Shown: positions 7,253 to 10,492 of the stretch, in pieces
How the letters are laid out: every line of letters begins with the position of its first letter
How positions within the stretch are numbered: the first letter of the stretch is position 1
NCBI GenBank assembly: GCA_038826135.1
Contig: JAWBON010000039.1
Location: 1-10,492, forward strand
Reading direction: 5' to 3'
Origin: Candidatus Odinarchaeota archaeon
Lineage (GTDB): Archaea; Asgardarchaeota; Odinarchaeia; Odinarchaeales; Odinarchaeaceae
DNA length: 10,492 nt
The notes under the pieces: generated by a model
The model's input: the letters and a program-made list of their open reading frames with translations, nothing else
What the model was told of the DNA's origin: nothing
The model's database searches: none
Made by a program: the position numbers and the translations under genes

Positions 7253-8164
7253 TCACAGTAGGGTTGACTGATTGATTATAAAAGCTAATATAAAATTTTT
7301 AAAGCTATCAATAGTCTCCGGTATTTTAGCTGAAAGCCATTCAACACCTGGCGGCACTGGTTCGTACACTGTTATTTTCAAACGGTTATGTTCGATTGAT
7401 AACTCTGTTTTTTTAATTGAAGATAAAGTATTAAGCATGTATAATAGTTTAGTTAACCCCCGGTGTTTTGGTAAAAAGCGAATTGTCATATTATCACCAC
7501 CGCTGATGTTCTTCCATATAATATTATTTTCAATAATGAAGTCAACTTTACCGTATTCATGGTTAAGATTAAGACATTCGTCGTATACAAGATACTTGCC
7601 AGAGATATTTTTATGAAAATTTATTACACTAAGCTTAAATTCCAAGTTAGTATTTTTGAATTCGAAATCATTATAAAATAGACTGGTATTCAGAGCTGAT
7701 TCATCTATCTCGATCTCGCTAAGTATATTTATTTTCTTAGGTTTATTTTCAACCTTCAACTTTGGGAATAACATGCTTAAGAAACTCTTCTCATATTTTG
7801 TAAGCTCCGCTAATTTAATCTCTAAATCAGATTTTTTTAAGAGTTTTTGTTTAAAATATACGGATAACTTGTTTACGAGGAGGTTAAAGGGTATAATTAT
7901 TATGAATACTACAAGTATTAAGTAAATTGTAACCGTGATTGGGGATGGGGGGACTGCGAAAATAAAATTGTACAGGAACGGCATCGTAATAATTGAAATA
8001 GCGGTTACTAAAACCACTTCTATAAAAAGGTAAACCGGTTCTCTGAGAATTTCAGCTAAACGCGGTATTCTCTTCTCGTAGAGAACTGTTTTAATATTAT
8101 TAATTATTTTTAAAATAGTCTTTCTCTCTGTGTCAAGTTCGCTGATAATATTTTTAATACTCAT
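7253..8164 (-). CDS. Hypothetical membrane protein, two N-terminal TM helices plus a soluble domain of about 200 aa
   Basis: 303 aa ORF with an ATG start preceded by GTGG. Hydrophobic segments VYLFIEVVLVTAISIITMPFLYNFIF and ITVTIYLILVVFIIIIPFNLLV. It fills the gap and converges on the operon with a 17 bp spacer. No motif recognised. Confidence 0.75.
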   Translation of the reverse strand: MSIKNIISELDTERKTILKIINNIKTVLYEKRIPRLAEILREPVYLFIEVVLVTAISIITMPFLYNFIFAVPPSPITVTIYLILVVFIIIIPFNLLVNKLSVYFKQKLLKKSDLEIKLAELTKYEKSFLSMLFPKLKVENKPKKINILSEIEIDESALNTSLFYNDFEFKNTNLEFKLSVINFHKNISGKYLVYDECLNLNHEYGKVDFIIENNIIWKNISGGDNMTIRFLPKHRGLTKLLYMLNTLSSIKKTELSIEHNRLKITVYEPVPPGVEWLSAKIPETIDSFKNFILAFIINQSTLL

Positions 8165-8435
8165 TTAAACCACGATTTGAATTCAAATATTAATATTAGA
8201 TGTGAAATCTAAAAAGTATTTTAACTCTATCGGATATGGGTTTAAAAAATGTCGCGTAATTTACATAAAAATATAAGCAGAAATTAAAAGTTTTACATGT
8301 GTGAACGCTCTCAGCGGGTTTTAAGCTCCATTAACTGTTTTATATTAAACTCATCTAACAGTTAAACTTTAAAAACTGGTGAAAATATTTAAAAAGACTC
8401 CGCAATCCATCTGTCATTTAAAGAGAGGTGTCTTT

Positions 8436-8645
8436 ATGAATAGCACCTGCAGAAAAACGCGATTAAACATTTTTAAGAAGTTTTTAGTTTCAATTTCAAC
8501 AGGTTTTATCTGTTTAGCTACATCGCTAACCATAATGTCAGCTCTAACATATAATTTAACCCCAACCATTCTATTCCTTGAATGGGTGCTTATAAGTTCA
8601 CCGGGAATTCTTATACTCATATTTTTACTGGGAGGGGGTGGTTAA
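8436..8645 (+). CDS. Small two-TM membrane protein (69 aa)
   Basis: GAGGTG (8425-8430) 5 nt before ATG 8436 favours this start over GTG 8379. Basic N-terminus followed by two hydrophobic helices; ends LLGGGG. Confidence 0.6.
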   Translation: MNSTCRKTRLNIFKKFLVSISTGFICLATSLTIMSALTYNLTPTILFLEWVLISSPGILILIFLLGGGG

Positions 8646-9035
8646 ACGGGTTATAAAAATTATATTATAAAAATTTTTGTAATACTATTTACAGTGGTTT
8701 TAACACTTAATATATTTACCAGCCTTATTAGAAACCTGAATGTTCTGTTAATATTCTTTATTTTACCAACATTATTAACGTTTATTTCATTGAATATGAA
8801 AGAATTCTTGAAATATACTAGGGAAAAGTTAAGTTATAATATTAAACAGTCTAAAGCTTATAATCAAGTATTAACCACTCACAGCTATGTGAAACTGTCT
8901 TTCATACCCCTCATAATCCAATTATGTGAAAATAACACAGATTATAATGAATTAACTCTGCTAAAATTAAGAGAAATATACGGTGATCAATATGCCCGTA
9001 TACTTCAAAATTTAGTAAGAGAGTTCACAGCGTGA
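8646..9035 (+). CDS. Hypothetical membrane protein with two N-terminal TM helices; start at ACG 8646 (proposed) or GTG 8694, or the 3' half of a gene split by TAA 8643-8645
   Basis: Same frame as 8436-8645 and open from 8646: TGYKNYIIKIFVILFTVVLTLNIFTSLIRNLNVLLIFFILPTLLTFISLNMKEFLK... It ends 1 bp from the convergent HIT stop. The ORF track has no competing minus-strand ORF here. Confidence 0.55.
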   Translation, partial: TGYKNYIIKIFVILFTVVLTLNIFTSLIRNLNVLLIFFILPTLLTFISLNMKEFLKYTREKLSYNIKQSKAYNQVLTTHSYVKLSFIPLIIQLCENNTDYNELTLLKLREIYGDQYARILQNLVREFTA

Positions 9036-9036
9036 C

Positions 9037-9531
9037 TCAATCTTTTAACATGGAAACATGAGGAGTTAAAATATCATATGTTTGATCTAATGTTTCAACT
9101 AAAACACGCGCCCCACTAATAGTTTCTAAAAAACCGGTCTCAGACCGGTACCTTGGAACTACATGGACGTGAAGATGCCTTATACTAGCGCCACTGTTCT
9201 CGCCGATATTTAAACCAATATTAAATCCAGGGGGATTGTAAACCTTTTTTAAAAGCTTAATCGAAGCCACGACTTTACTAAACAAATAGTTAATCTCCGC
9301 CTCTTCAAGTTCAGTTAAGTTTTCAACATGACGGGAAGGAATCACCATCAAATGACCGGGATTATAAGGATACTTGTTCAAAACAACCATGATTTTTTCA
9401 TTTTTAAATAATATTTTAACCCCTGAATCTTCAGGTTCTTTAAAAGCCTTACAGAATATACAATCCATATTCTTATCCCTGCTGAGCACGTAATCCTTTT
9501 TACTAGGAATATATATTATCTCTCTGAATAT
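9037..9531 (-). CDS. HIT family hydrolase, FHIT/Ap4A phosphorylase-like branch; start proposed at ATA 9531 (ORF track: GTG 9489)
   Basis: CIFC Zn knuckle, NKYPYNPGHLMVIPSRH, GFNIGLN and histidine triad HLHVHVVPR. The frame stays open upstream of 9489 to a TGA at 9540-9538. Confidence 0.92.
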   Translation of the reverse strand: MFREIIYIPSKKDYVLSRDKNMDCIFCKAFKEPEDSGVKILFKNEKIMVVLNKYPYNPGHLMVIPSRHVENLTELEEAEINYLFSKVVASIKLLKKVYNPPGFNIGLNIGENSGASIRHLHVHVVPRYRSETGFLETISGARVLVETLDQTYDILTPHVSMLKD

Positions 9532-9537
9532 TTCAGG

Positions 9538-9600
9538 TCACCTTTACAAGTGAGGATATAACAATATCTGAGGATACTGCTTTAATATTTAAATTATTTT
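9538..9600 (-). promoter_or_regulatory. Putative BRE/TATA promoter and SD of the HIT gene
   Basis: Minus strand reads AAAATAA (9600-9594) then TTTAAATA (9593-9586), with GGTGA at 9542-9538. The spacing would put a transcription start near 9560-9565, upstream of the SD. Confidence 0.5.
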
Positions 9601-9644
9601 ATCCAGTCAGGTTAGGATAAACTATTGTGAAAGCTTGAATAAAG

Positions 9645-10265
9645 TCAAGATAGTATTTTTTTAAAAATATTCTCCAAACCAGGTTTTAGAGAAAGATACA
9701 TATAGAATGAGGATGTAAAGTAATTTTCAGCTAAGCTTACTGTAACTTGTTTTTCCCTGAAGGCTGTTTTTACTACATTCTCCCATATTTTAATTAATTC
9801 TAATACCGGTAACCTTACATTATTTTTTAAAACAACCGGTTCATTAGAATTTAACTGTTTTTGAAGTTCTAATAATTTTATTAAAGCTAATCGGTTCATA
9901 TTCACCGCTTGAACTGGCTTATTTAAATTAATTAAATCTCTTACTCTTCTGAATAAGGGGAGGATTTCATCATCCTCTGCTCTTTCCAGTATTCTCGAGA
10001 TCCCCTCGCTCATACTTTTTTTCACGGCTTGGATTCTTCCAGCACAGTCGTGTAAACGCTTTTTTTTAAAGAAAAATAAGGTTAATACCACTGCTAGTAG
10101 CGGAGCGGACAATGATAAGAGGATATGTGGGAAAACGCTGGCGGGGAGAAGTTTTAGATAGTAAACTGGTATTAGAAGGACAGCGGCTAGAATTACCAGA
10201 TATAATAATATTTTAGAGAGCGAGGTGACAAAGTTAGTTTTAAATATCTGTCTCATATTTTCCAC
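9645..10265 (-). CDS. Hypothetical membrane protein, two N-terminal TM helices plus a helical soluble domain; start GTG 10265 or ATG 10256
   Basis: 206 aa ORF. Hydrophobic segments ILLYLVILAAVLLIPVYYL and ILLSLSAPLLAVVLTLFFF followed by a KKKR stop-transfer cluster. GTGG lies 5 nt before ATG 10256. Confidence 0.75.
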   Translation of the reverse strand: MENMRQIFKTNFVTSLSKILLYLVILAAVLLIPVYYLKLLPASVFPHILLSLSAPLLAVVLTLFFFKKKRLHDCAGRIQAVKKSMSEGISRILERAEDDEILPLFRRVRDLINLNKPVQAVNMNRLALIKLLELQKQLNSNEPVVLKNNVRLPVLELIKIWENVVKTAFREKQVTVSLAENYFTSSFYMYLSLKPGLENIFKKILS

Positions 10266-10329
10266 ACGTAGCTTATTTTTGATATGCGTGCAGTTAATTA
10301 AATTGGATTATTTCGTAATTATTAAACGA

Positions 10330-10395
10330 TTTTAAACTTTATTAACTTAAAAAAAAAATTTAAAAAGCTTTATTTAATTTTTTAAACTTTTTTAA
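10330..10395. promoter_or_regulatory. AT-rich intergenic region with several BRE/TATA-like motifs
   Basis: Plus strand has AAACTTTATTAA (10334-10345), AAAGCTTTATTTAA (10364-10377) and AAACTTTTTTAA (10384-10395). Minus strand has AAAGCTTTTTAAA (10371-10359) upstream of the 10265 ORF. Low complexity limits certainty. Confidence 0.35.
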
Positions 10396-10492
10396 TCCTT
10401 CAATTTTGAAAATAAATTATTATAATAGATTTTTTAAACACGTATGTTGATTAATCGAACATAATAAATGTTAATGATTAATTTAAAACGCG

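Noticed and set aside
7272-7616. 114 aa plus-strand ORF
   Set aside because: Fully antisense to the longer 303 aa ORF, with no SD or motif.
8379-8620. GTG 8379 start for the small membrane ORF, and the minus-strand ORF 8414-8620
   Set aside because: ATG 8436 has a well-spaced GAGGTG, whereas 8379 has no SD. The minus ORF is an antisense shadow.
8631-8645. C-terminal GGGG as a ubiquitin-like or sorting signal
   Set aside because: The protein has no beta-grasp character, and the Gly codons are more simply explained as the SD for the next ORF.
8643-8645. Selenocysteine or pyrrolysine readthrough of the in-frame stop
   Set aside because: The codon is TAA, not TGA or TAG, and the flanking proteins are not typical Sec/Pyl targets.
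9551-9619. TGAGGATA repeated at 9551 and 9569, plus short TATCC/GGATA and GATAT/ATATC inversions
   Set aside because: Too short and too few to distinguish from chance; not a CRISPR or iteron array.
10310-10492. AT-rich tract with an A10 run and a near-repeated 16-mer (10330, 10380) as a replication origin or repeat element
   Set aside because: No ORB-like box or cdc6/orc1 gene is visible in the window. Low complexity and promoter motifs explain it.
1-10492. tRNA, rRNA, CRISPR, transposase or integrase
   Set aside because: No cloverleaf, GC-rich structured tract, regularly spaced repeats, terminal inverted repeats or recombinase motifs were seen.

Overview
Archaeal chromosomal segment, most likely from an Asgard archaeon. 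This is inferred from a Rab-like small GTPase, a divergent EF-2 paralog and GGTGA/GGAGG-type ribosome-binding sites. From left to right: the 5' part of a divergent elongation factor 2 gene running off the left edge (minus strand, missed by the ORF track); an ArnT/PMT-type GT-C glycosyltransferase; a Rab-like GTPase with no prenylation tail; a tightly coupled three-gene operon (class I SAM methyltransferase, B12-binding radical SAM enzyme, AglB/STT3-like GT-C protein with a degenerate WWDYG motif); several orphan membrane proteins; and an FHIT-branch HIT hydrolase. The best novelty candidate is the methyltransferase/radical SAM/GT-C operon, which may make and transfer a modified sugar or lipid head group. 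Two genes also appear to start at non-canonical codons (ATA at 9531 and ACG at 8646), each correctly spaced behind a strong SD motif. No rRNA, tRNA, CRISPR array or mobile element was seen. All family calls come from motif recognition by eye, with no database searches.
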